A DNA stretch of 44,921 bases from Thalassomonas sp. (GTDB lineage: Bacteria > Bacteroidota > Bacteroidia > Flavobacteriales > BACL11). Position 1 is the stretch's first letter; the number at the start of each line of letters is the position of its first letter. The position numbers and the translations under genes are program-made. Shown here piece after piece: positions 1 through 8,149 of this stretch. The notes beneath the pieces were generated by a model, which was not told where the DNA came from, ran no database searches, and was given only the letters and a program-made list of their open reading frames with translations. The stretch spans positions 1 through 44,921 of the forward strand of contig JBLGCF010000001.1 in the NCBI GenBank assembly GCA_047617145.1, in the 5' to 3' direction.

Positions 1-28
1 ATCGTTTCTGGATAAAACGGCAGGCAGA

Positions 29-1903
29 ATGAAACAGATTATAGCATACATATTACTCTTTTTGGGTTTTGTAAGTAATTTACAAGCTCAAATGGCTATG
101 GATACCATTAGGCTACCTGAAGTAAAGTTAGAACATAACCGTTTGCAAACGCATTCCATAGGTACACACCTAGTAATACTTACTCCTGAGCTAACAGGAG
201 AGTCCTCAAGCCAAAAACTATCCGATTGCTTAGTCAATAATTCCTCTGTTTATATAAAGCAATATGGTGCCTTGGCAACCCCCACTTTTAGGGGTACATC
301 CAGCTCACATACTTTAGTGCTTTGGAACGGGATTCCTCTTAATTCCATTGTCAATGGCCTATTGGATTTTTCCATTACTCCCGTATATGGTTTTGAAAAG
401 ATAGCTATCGTACATGGTGGAGATGCTTCCGTGTTTGGTTCGGGTGCTATGGGTGGGAGTATTCACCTTAACTCCATTCCTGATTTTAAGAATCAAAAGG
501 AAATAAAATTAACAAGCGAACAAGGAAGTTATGGGTTGTTAAGCCAAGGGATAAGCCTAAAGCACAGTACGAATAAATTGGCGTTTAATCTGTCGCTTAC
601 ATCCCTAGCGGATGAAAATAGTTTTACCTATACTAATACCACACAAAGGGGGCATCCAACATTAGTGAATGACTATGGAAAGATAGAGTCAAAATCAGGG
701 AAAGTAAACCTTGCCTACAAATACGATAGTACAACAAAATTTGCAGTCGCCTACTGGAGTTCAGCTAATGATAGGGAAGTGCCGCAAAATATGACAACTC
801 CTTTTTCGGATGCAAAACAGTACGACAAAACAAACAACTTACTCCTTAGTGCTACTCATTTTTTTACAGATGGAGTAATCACTTTGAAAAGGGCTTTCCT
901 TGAAGAGGATTTTCGCTATACCGAGCACCTAAAAAATATTGATAGCCAGTACCTAACTAATAGCAATATCACGGATGTGGATGTTAAGATAAACAAGGGT
1001 GGCTTCCTTTATAACCTAGGAGGGAACTTTACAAAACAGTCCGTAATTAATAATAATTATAGGGATAGCAGGCAGCTGGAAAAGCAAAGTGCTATCTTTT
1101 CATCCGTGCAGTACAATTATGATTTCCTGAGTATGAATACAGTATTGCGTAAGCAATGGCAAACTACTTTTGAAGTGCCGCTTGTTCCTAGTCTGGCATT
1201 TTCTGCTGACATCACTAAACAGCTTAGTATTCGTTTTAAATACAATAGGAATTTCCGTTCTCCTACCTTTAATGATAGATTTTGGGTAGGAGCAGGGGCA
1301 AATGGAAATCCTGATTTAACTCCTGAAGATGCATGGAACAAAGAGTTTGGTTTTGATATCAATACTCCCCATTTCAAGTTTAAAGCTACTGCCTACAATT
1401 TGGATATTTCGGATATGATACTCTGGCAACAAGTGGATAATGGCAGTTGGATGCCTAACAACATTAAGCAAGTATGGAGCAGAGGGCTAGAGACAAGTTT
1501 GAAAGTCCACACAAAAAACTTAAGCATTATTGGGAATTATGCATTTACCAAATCCACCAATGAAATAGCAACCAATCCTTTGGATATTTCAGTAGGTAAG
1601 CAGCTGAGGTATGTTCCTTTACATAAGGGGGGTGTTGCCTTTATGGTAAAGGAGGATGACTTTACCTTTACAGTAAATCAGAATTATACTGGGCAGGTTA
1701 TTACTTCTCATGGTGCTTTGGAAAACAAGACTTTACCTTACTTTATCTTAACCGATATTGCTATTACCTATTCTCCTGACTTTATTCCTGTAAGCATTGA
1801 GGGTAAGGTTAAAAACCTAATGGATAAAAGCTATACTACTTATCAGAATTACCCTAACCCAGGGCGAGAATTAGTATTAACACTAAATTATACAATTAAC
1901 TAA
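29..1903 (+). CDS. TonB-dependent outer-membrane receptor (small BtuB/CirA size class), substrate unknown
   Basis: 624-aa ORF. Signal peptide ends NLQAQ. TonB-box-like DTIRLPEVKL. Plug-domain motifs are present (YIKQYG..ATPTFRGTS, LVLWNGIPLNS, IAIVHGGDASVFGSGAMGGSIHL). The long C-terminal part has alternating strand-like segments typical of a 22-strand barrel. Confidence 0.85.
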   Translation: MKQIIAYILLFLGFVSNLQAQMAMDTIRLPEVKLEHNRLQTHSIGTHLVILTPELTGESSSQKLSDCLVNNSSVYIKQYGALATPTFRGTSSSHTLVLWNGIPLNSIVNGLLDFSITPVYGFEKIAIVHGGDASVFGSGAMGGSIHLNSIPDFKNQKEIKLTSEQGSYGLLSQGISLKHSTNKLAFNLSLTSLADENSFTYTNTTQRGHPTLVNDYGKIESKSGKVNLAYKYDSTTKFAVAYWSSANDREVPQNMTTPFSDAKQYDKTNNLLLSATHFFTDGVITLKRAFLEEDFRYTEHLKNIDSQYLTNSNITDVDVKINKGGFLYNLGGNFTKQSVINNNYRDSRQLEKQSAIFSSVQYNYDFLSMNTVLRKQWQTTFEVPLVPSLAFSADITKQLSIRFKYNRNFRSPTFNDRFWVGAGANGNPDLTPEDAWNKEFGFDINTPHFKFKATAYNLDISDMILWQQVDNGSWMPNNIKQVWSRGLETSLKVHTKNLSIIGNYAFTKSTNEIATNPLDISVGKQLRYVPLHKGGVAFMVKEDDFTFTVNQNYTGQVITSHGALENKTLPYFILTDIAITYSPDFIPVSIEGKVKNLMDKSYTTYQNYPNPGRELVLTLNYTIN

Positions 1904-1927
1904 ATTAAAACAAAAACAAATATAAAG

Positions 1928-2974
1928 ATGAATGTAAGAAAAATCGGAATGCTAGCAATGGTAATTACTGTTATGTCTTCTTGTAAAAAAGACAATCCTA
2001 TTGATGATGCAGGGGTAGTTGTTCCTGGAGATTATGAAAATGGTTATTTTGTAACTAATGAAGGGAGTTTTACAGATGGTATTGGTTCTATTTCTTTTGT
2101 AACTGATGAGGGAATAGTAGAAAATGATGTATTTGCATCCGTAAACTCTTTTCCTTTGGGTAGTGTAGTTCAGTCCATGAATATTATTGGTAATAATGCA
2201 TACATTGTAGTAAATAATTCTGCTAAAATTGAAGTTGCTTCTGTTGCTGACATGAAATCAGTTACTACTATTGATGTTGTCTCTCCTAGATATATTGCTA
2301 AGGTTTCTGCTGCTAAGGCTTATGTTACGGATTGGGGAATTAATGGGGTACAGGTTATTGATTTAACAACAAATACAGTTTCAACTACTATTGCTTGTGG
2401 TGCAGGTACTGAAGGGATTGCAGTAAGTAATGGTTTTGCTTATGTGTGTAATGTTGGTGCCTGGGGATTAGATTCTACTGTTACTATCATAAATACTACT
2501 ACTGATGCTGTAGTTACTACTTTAACGGTTGGTGATAAACCAAACTCTGCAGTAGTGGATGCAAATGGTGCTGTTTGGGTGCTTACAGGTGGATATACTG
2601 AGTATGATGCTGCTTGGAATGTAGTTTCAGAAACTTCCGGTAACCTTGTTAAAATAGTAGATAATATTATTGAAGCTACTTTTGCTTTTGCTGTAGGTAA
2701 TCATCCTGAGGATTTAGTAATTAATGATGCAGGGAATACTTTGTTTTTCAGTAATGGTGCTGTTTATGCTTTTGATATTACTGCTACAGAATTGTCAACT
2801 ACTGCTTTAATCAACAAGAGCTTTTATGGTTTAGGTTGTTCTAACGGTTACATTTATGGTACTGATGCTGTGGATTATGTTCAAAGTGGCTGGTCATTCA
2901 GATATACTGAGAATGGCTCATTAGTAGATTCAGTACAAGTAGGTGTTATTCCAGGAGGATATTGTTTCAACTAA
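1928..2974 (+). CDS. Surface lipoprotein, YncE/DUF5074-like beta-propeller
   Basis: Lipobox VMSSC|KK. Motifs typical of the DUF5074/YVTN-repeat propeller family: FVTNEGSF..GSISFV, YIVVNNSAKIEV, SPRYI..AYVTD, VQVIDLTTNTV, VGDKPNSAVVDANG, and the terminal VGVIPGGYCFN. Starts 24 nt after the receptor gene. Confidence 0.65.
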   Translation: MNVRKIGMLAMVITVMSSCKKDNPIDDAGVVVPGDYENGYFVTNEGSFTDGIGSISFVTDEGIVENDVFASVNSFPLGSVVQSMNIIGNNAYIVVNNSAKIEVASVADMKSVTTIDVVSPRYIAKVSAAKAYVTDWGINGVQVIDLTTNTVSTTIACGAGTEGIAVSNGFAYVCNVGAWGLDSTVTIINTTTDAVVTTLTVGDKPNSAVVDANGAVWVLTGGYTEYDAAWNVVSETSGNLVKIVDNIIEATFAFAVGNHPEDLVINDAGNTLFFSNGAVYAFDITATELSTTALINKSFYGLGCSNGYIYGTDAVDYVQSGWSFRYTENGSLVDSVQVGVIPGGYCFN

Positions 2975-3000
2975 TTGGGTAAATAAGATTAAAAGAAGTA

Positions 3001-3027
3001 AAGGGAGGCAATTGCCTCCCTTTTTTT
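3001..3027 (+). terminator. Rho-independent terminator after the first lipoprotein gene
   Basis: Perfect palindrome GGGAGGCAATTGCCTCCC (3003-3020) followed by a T7 run. Confidence 0.65.
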
Positions 3028-3034
3028 ATATTTG
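3027..3034 (+). promoter_or_regulatory. Bacteroidota -7 promoter box TATATTTG
   Basis: Exact match to TAnnTTTG, 15 nt upstream of the ATG at 3050. Confidence 0.45.
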
Positions 3035-3049
3035 CTAAAAATTTATCAC

Positions 3050-4117
3050 ATGAAATTAATTAACTGTTTACTTATTGCTTTGGTTTTTATTTCTTCTTGT
3101 AAAGAAGATACTGAGCCTGCACCTTCATTCGCAAAAGATTATGGAGAAGGTCTCTATATTTCTACTGACAATGGTGTTAGTTTCTATAAAGATGGTGTAA
3201 CTAAGAATAAAATTTTTAAAGAGGTAAATGGCATTGTACTTAATAATGTAAATAGGATAAAGTTTCAAGGAACAAAAGCTTTTATCGCAACTGAAAAAAG
3301 TCTTTTTTCTGCTAATGTTGAAACTTTTGAAATTAAAGGTGAAGCAGGGGGATTTATGAATCTTGTTGATTTTGATTTTGTTGCTATGGGGCGAATTTTT
3401 GCAGTTGATAAAGATGATGCTAAAGTTAAAGTTGTTGATATGGATCGCATGGAAATTACATCTGATGTTGAAACAGGAGACAGCACTAAACCTGTTTTTA
3501 TTGTAACAGAATGGTATCGTTCATTTATTATGAATGGTGGGGCAGTTGCTGATTCTTTAAAAGATTCAACTATTGTAGCTATTGATTATAGAGATGAGTT
3601 GGTTCCTTTTGCAAATATGATGGGTAGTCTGCATATTGGTGATAATCCTAATTCTGCAGTTATTGCTAATGGATTAAAGGTGCTTTGTAAAGGAATTTAC
3701 GATACTAATGGTGTGGTAGTTAAAACTGAAGCTACTTTGGTGTCGATAGATCCTTGGGATATGAGTGTTACTTCAAGTCAAACTCTAATAGGGATTTATA
3801 ATGCAAATAATTTAATTTCAGATGATAATAATACTTGTTATTTTACAGCTGAAGGTGGGGTGTATAGCATGTCAAACTATGGAACAGGAGTTGCTCCTGT
3901 TTTAGGTGTAGTTTCTGATGTTTTATGCTTCCAAGATGAAAGGTATTCAGTTTACAATCCAGCTGACTCAACTAATTACTATTATAACAGAAACATACTA
4001 TATGTTAATGATGCTGAAGGTAGTAAAAATACAGTTTATAAATACAATTTAGATACAAGCTCGTATATGGATACCATTGTAGTTGATGGAGCTGTAAATG
4101 ACATTAACTTCTACTAA
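3050..4117 (+). CDS. Second surface lipoprotein, divergent paralog of the 1928-2974 propeller protein
   Basis: I place the start at ATG 3050 (MKLINCLLIALVFISSC|KE, a signal peptide plus lipobox). The TTG at 3032 given in the ORF track lies inside the -7 box. Shares GDNPNSAVIANG with GDKPNSAVVDANG in the upstream protein. Has beta-rich repeat character and an aromatic C-terminus (INFY). Confidence 0.55.
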   Translation: MKLINCLLIALVFISSCKEDTEPAPSFAKDYGEGLYISTDNGVSFYKDGVTKNKIFKEVNGIVLNNVNRIKFQGTKAFIATEKSLFSANVETFEIKGEAGGFMNLVDFDFVAMGRIFAVDKDDAKVKVVDMDRMEITSDVETGDSTKPVFIVTEWYRSFIMNGGAVADSLKDSTIVAIDYRDELVPFANMMGSLHIGDNPNSAVIANGLKVLCKGIYDTNGVVVKTEATLVSIDPWDMSVTSSQTLIGIYNANNLISDDNNTCYFTAEGGVYSMSNYGTGVAPVLGVVSDVLCFQDERYSVYNPADSTNYYYNRNILYVNDAEGSKNTVYKYNLDTSSYMDTIVVDGAVNDINFY

Positions 4118-4735
4118 ATGAAGTACTTACAAGTAAAGTTTATAAGAAGAATATATATTATATTCTCTATTTTACTTGGTATTTTTACTCCTCTGTTTTG
4201 TTGGTATAAAATACCTGATTTTAATCCCATTAACAAACCACTATCTCATTTTGGAGTGCTAGAGCCTACTTTCCTGCTTTGGAATACAACATTAGTGTTT
4301 TTGGCTATTGGTATCTTCTGGAATGCTTACACTTCCCTCCGATTTTATTTTAAAAAAAGAAGGTTACGATACCCTTTAAAATTGATGTTAATTTCAGCAA
4401 GTGTATCCTTAGTGCTTACTGCTAGTATATCAATGGACAATGAATTTTATCATCAAATATCGGCAGTGCTATTTTTCTTTAGTTATAATATGTTTGTGTT
4501 TTGCTTTGGTCTGTTTCGCTCTCTGAAATATATAAGGAGAGGGATGTTCTCACTTTTTATAGGGGTAGCAATGTTATTTTCAACCTTACTATTATTACCT
4601 TTTCCTTCTTATGGTGTTTTTGAGGTTGTCTATTTTGCGCTAATCTTAATTTGGAATATCTACTTTTTATTTACTAGAATGAAGGAAGAAGGCGCAAAAA
4701 GTAATAGAAAGGGAATTTTAAAGTTCTTTCATTAA
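4118..4735 (+). CDS. Polytopic inner-membrane protein of unknown function (DUF998-like by eye)
   Basis: The ATG directly abuts the upstream TAA (ctacTAAATGaag). There are 5-6 hydrophobic segments separated by basic loops (KKRRLRYP, KYIRRG). No catalytic motif recognised. Confidence 0.55.
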   Translation: MKYLQVKFIRRIYIIFSILLGIFTPLFCWYKIPDFNPINKPLSHFGVLEPTFLLWNTTLVFLAIGIFWNAYTSLRFYFKKRRLRYPLKLMLISASVSLVLTASISMDNEFYHQISAVLFFFSYNMFVFCFGLFRSLKYIRRGMFSLFIGVAMLFSTLLLLPFPSYGVFEVVYFALILIWNIYFLFTRMKEEGAKSNRKGILKFFH

Positions 4736-5626
4736 TTCAGAGTATAAAGCTACCATTGCTTTAATATCTGCTTTATGCACCTTTTCATTTGGCGAGTGCA
4801 CATGATCCTCAGGTGCACCAACAAAACACCAATCCCAAGGATAATTACTTTTTTGCAATTCGTTCCCATCACTGCCTCCTGCATCTTCTACCTCTAACTG
4901 AAAAGGAATTCCTGATTCCTTAGCAATAGCTACTACTTTATTTATGTACGATTTTCTGGGTATTCCGCTATCTCTTAATGAAATCGCACAACCTTTTCCG
5001 TGCTGTACACCTTTGGTAACCCAAGTGATGTCAGAAATCAGGGCTTGCATAACTCCATATTCCTCCTGAATAAATTTCCCTAAATATCCTGCTGTTCCTC
5101 CTCCGTGTTCTTCCCATGATGAGAATACTATTATTCCATTTTCTAGTGTTTTTGCTACCTCTAAGGAGTTCCAAACTCCTAATCGGTTATCCATATAGCA
5201 ACTCTGTACATAATCATCTGTATCTCTAAAATCTACCTTAAAAGTAAGTGATGTTCCTCTATCAATTTCTCTATTAAAATCAATAAACATTACCTCTTTT
5301 CTCTTGATGATTTTTCCTTCTACTTTTCCTTTGCTATCTTCTCCAACCAATACAATTCCTTTAGTAGTTACTGGCCCTCCAATTTTCACAATTTCATTGT
5401 CATATTTTACCGTAAAACCAATAGAGTCCAAATGAGCGAAAATGGCTGTTCTTGGTTTTCCGAAAACTAATATTAAATTATCTTGAAATCCATGACCGTG
5501 GTGCAAGGTTGGTTGTGTTTTCCAACTACTTTGATTTTCACTTATATAACTTAATAAAAATTCTTTCATTGCTGATTCTTCTCCTGCAGGAGCGTGAATT
5601 TCACATATTTTTTTTAGTAATTTCAT
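4718..5626 (-). CDS. M42-family (FrvX/glutamyl-aminopeptidase-like) metallopeptidase
   Basis: The N-terminus MKLLKKICEIHAPAGEES is typical of M42 enzymes. Also has AHLDSIGF, a metal-ligand region EEHGGGTAG, and GAPEDHVHSPNE. At 302 aa it is somewhat short for the family. Confidence 0.65.
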   Translation of the reverse strand: MKLLKKICEIHAPAGEESAMKEFLLSYISENQSSWKTQPTLHHGHGFQDNLILVFGKPRTAIFAHLDSIGFTVKYDNEIVKIGGPVTTKGIVLVGEDSKGKVEGKIIKRKEVMFIDFNREIDRGTSLTFKVDFRDTDDYVQSCYMDNRLGVWNSLEVAKTLENGIIVFSSWEEHGGGTAGYLGKFIQEEYGVMQALISDITWVTKGVQHGKGCAISLRDSGIPRKSYINKVVAIAKESGIPFQLEVEDAGGSDGNELQKSNYPWDWCFVGAPEDHVHSPNEKVHKADIKAMVALYSELMKEL

Positions 5627-6240
5627 TATATCGTTTTAATATTATCTATTCTTAATTCATGGTTTTTCTTAAAAGTGTCCACCACATCATTTGCCTTGCT
5701 TTTTGGGACTGCAAATATAAGTTTACAATCTATTTGGAAGTCAGTATTTACAACTTCTAAATCATATTCTTTTATGAGTCGCATTACATCATTCATTTGT
5801 GGGTATTTGAAACTTACTTTATACTGTTCTTTTATAGTTTTTGTAATAATAGTTGCTTCTAGTATCGCTTCAGCAGCTGCAGTTTTGTACGATCGTATTA
5901 ATCCTGGAACTCCTAGTTTTACTCCTCCAAAATAACGAACTACTACTATGAGTATATTGGTTAAATTGTTGGATAGTATTTGTCCTAAAATGGGTTTTCC
6001 TGCAGTAGAGGAGGGCTCTCCATCATCATTGGCTCTTTGTGCTGATTTGTCAGGGTTAAGAATGTAGGCATAACAATGATGACGAGCAGAATGTTCTAAT
6101 TTCCTTACTTCTTCAAGTTTATCTTTTACATCTTGTTCAGAATAAACAGGATAGGAGTAGGCAATAAATTTACTTCCTTTTTCTTTGTAAATTCCTGTGG
6201 TGTGGTTTTTAACCTCTTTGTATTTATCTTCAATTATCAA
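5626..6240 (-). CDS. yigZ: YigZ / IMPACT-family protein (UPF0029)
   Basis: Motifs EKGSKFIAY, ARHHCYAY, DDGEPSSTAGKPIL, VVRYFGGVKLG. The ORF is open to a TTG at 6288, but those extra 16 codons overlap the upstream gene. A TTG at 6240 overlaps that gene's TGA stop (TTGA) and gives a family-typical 204 aa. The start is uncertain. Confidence 0.7.
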   Translation of the reverse strand: MIIEDKYKEVKNHTTGIYKEKGSKFIAYSYPVYSEQDVKDKLEEVRKLEHSARHHCYAYILNPDKSAQRANDDGEPSSTAGKPILGQILSNNLTNILIVVVRYFGGVKLGVPGLIRSYKTAAAEAILEATIITKTIKEQYKVSFKYPQMNDVMRLIKEYDLEVVNTDFQIDCKLIFAVPKSKANDVVDTFKKNHELRIDNIKTI

Positions 6241-7094
6241 AAGGAAAAGATATAAATAGCGCAAAGAGAAAGTAAAATCCCAATCCAATTTCGTTTACTG
6301 AGTTTTTCCTTGAAAAGAAATAATCCTATTAGTGATGAACTTACCACAACTCCCATACTTACCAATGGAAAAACAATAGAACTTTCCATATTTCCAAGTG
6401 CTTTTAAAAAGAAAACTAGAGAGAAAAAGTTTGGAACTCCAAATACTATTCCCCAAAATACACTTTTTAACTGCAATGAATTCTTCTTGTTAAATGACTT
6501 CCCTGTTAGGATTAATATTCCACTAACAGTTGCCATAAAAAAAAGGACCATAAAAAACAAATACCCTCCTTCATTAGGGAACTTTTGGGCAAAGTCATTA
6601 AAAATAGAATCGGAAAGTCCTTGTCCTATAAAAACCAATAGGATTAACCATAAATATTTTTTATCAAAACTAAGTTTCCCTGCTTTTGTAGAGGATAAAT
6701 AAATACCTGCAAGAGCTAAGAAAAATGCAATTCCTTTTAATGTATCAAAGATGTTTTCTTCAGGATATAAAATAAGTGCTGCACAAACAGGAATAATTAA
6801 GGACATCTTATTTGCTACTGTCGTAACTGCTATTCCTACTTTCTGTATTCCGTATGCGTAAAAATTAAAGACAATAATGAAAAGTGTTCCAATAATTATT
6901 GCGTGATATATCCAATCAGAATTTAAAACTATATCTAGTGATATCTCTTGTTCTAAAAAGAGATAAGAGCAAACTCCTGCAGTAATATAATTGATAATTA
7001 AAGCCTGCAAATTATCTACATTGTATTTTTCGAACATTTTAAATACAATAATTAAAACATTGAAAAGGAGTATGGTATAGATGATGTTACTCAT
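6237..7094 (-). CDS. EamA/DMT-superfamily transporter (about 10 TM segments)
   Basis: 285 aa, hydrophobic throughout, with two-fold internal symmetry of five-TM halves typical of EamA. The start overlaps the ribD stop by 8 nt. Confidence 0.7.
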   Translation of the reverse strand: MSNIIYTILLFNVLIIVFKMFEKYNVDNLQALIINYITAGVCSYLFLEQEISLDIVLNSDWIYHAIIIGTLFIIVFNFYAYGIQKVGIAVTTVANKMSLIIPVCAALILYPEENIFDTLKGIAFFLALAGIYLSSTKAGKLSFDKKYLWLILLVFIGQGLSDSIFNDFAQKFPNEGGYLFFMVLFFMATVSGILILTGKSFNKKNSLQLKSVFWGIVFGVPNFFSLVFFLKALGNMESSIVFPLVSMGVVVSSSLIGLFLFKEKLSKRNWIGILLSLCAIYIFSF

Positions 7095-8115
7095 TTGTAA
7101 TAATCTCTAATTTATCTCCTCTAATGTTTGATTCGGTAACAATTTTCCCTTTAATAGTTGGTGCTTTTACGCCATCTGCTAACTCTTTATTGGTAGTAAA
7201 TATTCTTGCTTCATTCCACATATTTACATCAATAAAGGATTGTAATGTTTTACTTCCCCCTTCAATTATTAATGACTGAATATTTTGTTTATGTAATTCA
7301 TGTAAAATACTTTCAGTCAAATTGTTAAAGTTAATTTTAATGAAATTATTTGTCTCTATTTTTTCTGACTTGATACTGTTAAAAATAAGGGTTTGGGCTT
7401 CAGAATTAAATAGACTTAATTCTTTAGAAAGTTTCAAATCCCTATCAATTACTATGCGTGTAGGGTTGTTTCCTTTAACTTCTCTAACGGTAAGAGAAGG
7501 GTTGTCTTTTTCAGCTGTAATTCTCCCTACTAAAATGGCATCTTCTTCTGCTCTCCATTGGTGTACTAATTCCTTTGATTCACTAGAAGTCATCCAAAAA
7601 GGTTCGTTCTGGTTGTTGGGTGCAATAAATCCATCTTTACTTTCCGCCCATTTCAATATGATATAAGGTCTTTTCTTTTCCTGAAAAGTAAAGAAGCGTT
7701 TGTTTAGTTCTCTGCTTTCTTTTTCTAGAATACCAACAATAACTTCAATTCCTTCATTTTCCATTTTCTCTATTCCTTTTCCTGAAACTTCAGAAAAAGT
7801 ATCTATACAGCCAATAACTACTTTGGGTATTTTGTGTTCAATTATTAGGTTGGAACAAGGGGGTGTTTTTCCGAAATGAGCACAAGGTTCCAGGTTAACA
7901 TAAAGGGTAGATTTAGATAATAAACTTTTATCTTTTACACTAGCAATTGCATTTACTTCAGCATGTGCTTTTCCATAATTTTCATGATAGCCTTCTCCAA
8001 TTATTTTCCCTTGATAAACAATAACTGAGCCCACCATAGGGTTTGGAGATACAGAGCCCATTGCTTTGCTGGCCAACTCAATACATCTTTTCATAAAAAT
8101 CTCCCCATTTTGCAT
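7087..8115 (-). CDS. ribD: Bifunctional riboflavin biosynthesis protein RibD (pyrimidine deaminase and uracil reductase)
   Basis: Deaminase zinc motifs HAEVNAI and PCAHFGKTPPC. The C-terminal reductase domain has LKWAESKDGFIA and IIEGGSKTLQSF. An alternative start at the internal Met (MKRCIELA) is possible. Confidence 0.9.
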   Translation of the reverse strand: MQNGEIFMKRCIELASKAMGSVSPNPMVGSVIVYQGKIIGEGYHENYGKAHAEVNAIASVKDKSLLSKSTLYVNLEPCAHFGKTPPCSNLIIEHKIPKVVIGCIDTFSEVSGKGIEKMENEGIEVIVGILEKESRELNKRFFTFQEKKRPYIILKWAESKDGFIAPNNQNEPFWMTSSESKELVHQWRAEEDAILVGRITAEKDNPSLTVREVKGNNPTRIVIDRDLKLSKELSLFNSEAQTLIFNSIKSEKIETNNFIKINFNNLTESILHELHKQNIQSLIIEGGSKTLQSFIDVNMWNEARIFTTNKELADGVKAPTIKGKIVTESNIRGDKLEIITNE

Positions 8116-8119
8116 GGCT

Positions 8120-8127
8120 CAAAAATA
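8120..8127 (-). promoter_or_regulatory. -7 promoter box (TATTTTTG on the minus strand) for ribD
   Basis: Plus strand CAAAAATA is an exact reverse complement of TAnnTTTG. Only 4 nt separate it from the ribD ATG at 8115. Confidence 0.4.
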
Positions 8128-8137
8128 GCCAAATTAT

Positions 8138-8145
8138 TACATTTG
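8138..8145 (+). promoter_or_regulatory. -7 promoter box TACATTTG for prmC
   Basis: Exact TAnnTTTG. 4 nt upstream of the GTG at 8150, which opens the prmC ORF. Confidence 0.4.
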
Positions 8146-8149
8146 TCCT

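Noticed and set aside
1-28. Possible cobalamin riboswitch or Fur box ahead of the TonB-dependent receptor.
   Set aside because: Only 28 nt are available upstream of the start codon. There is no B12-box-like or palindromic operator sequence in that stretch, so this cannot be judged from the window.
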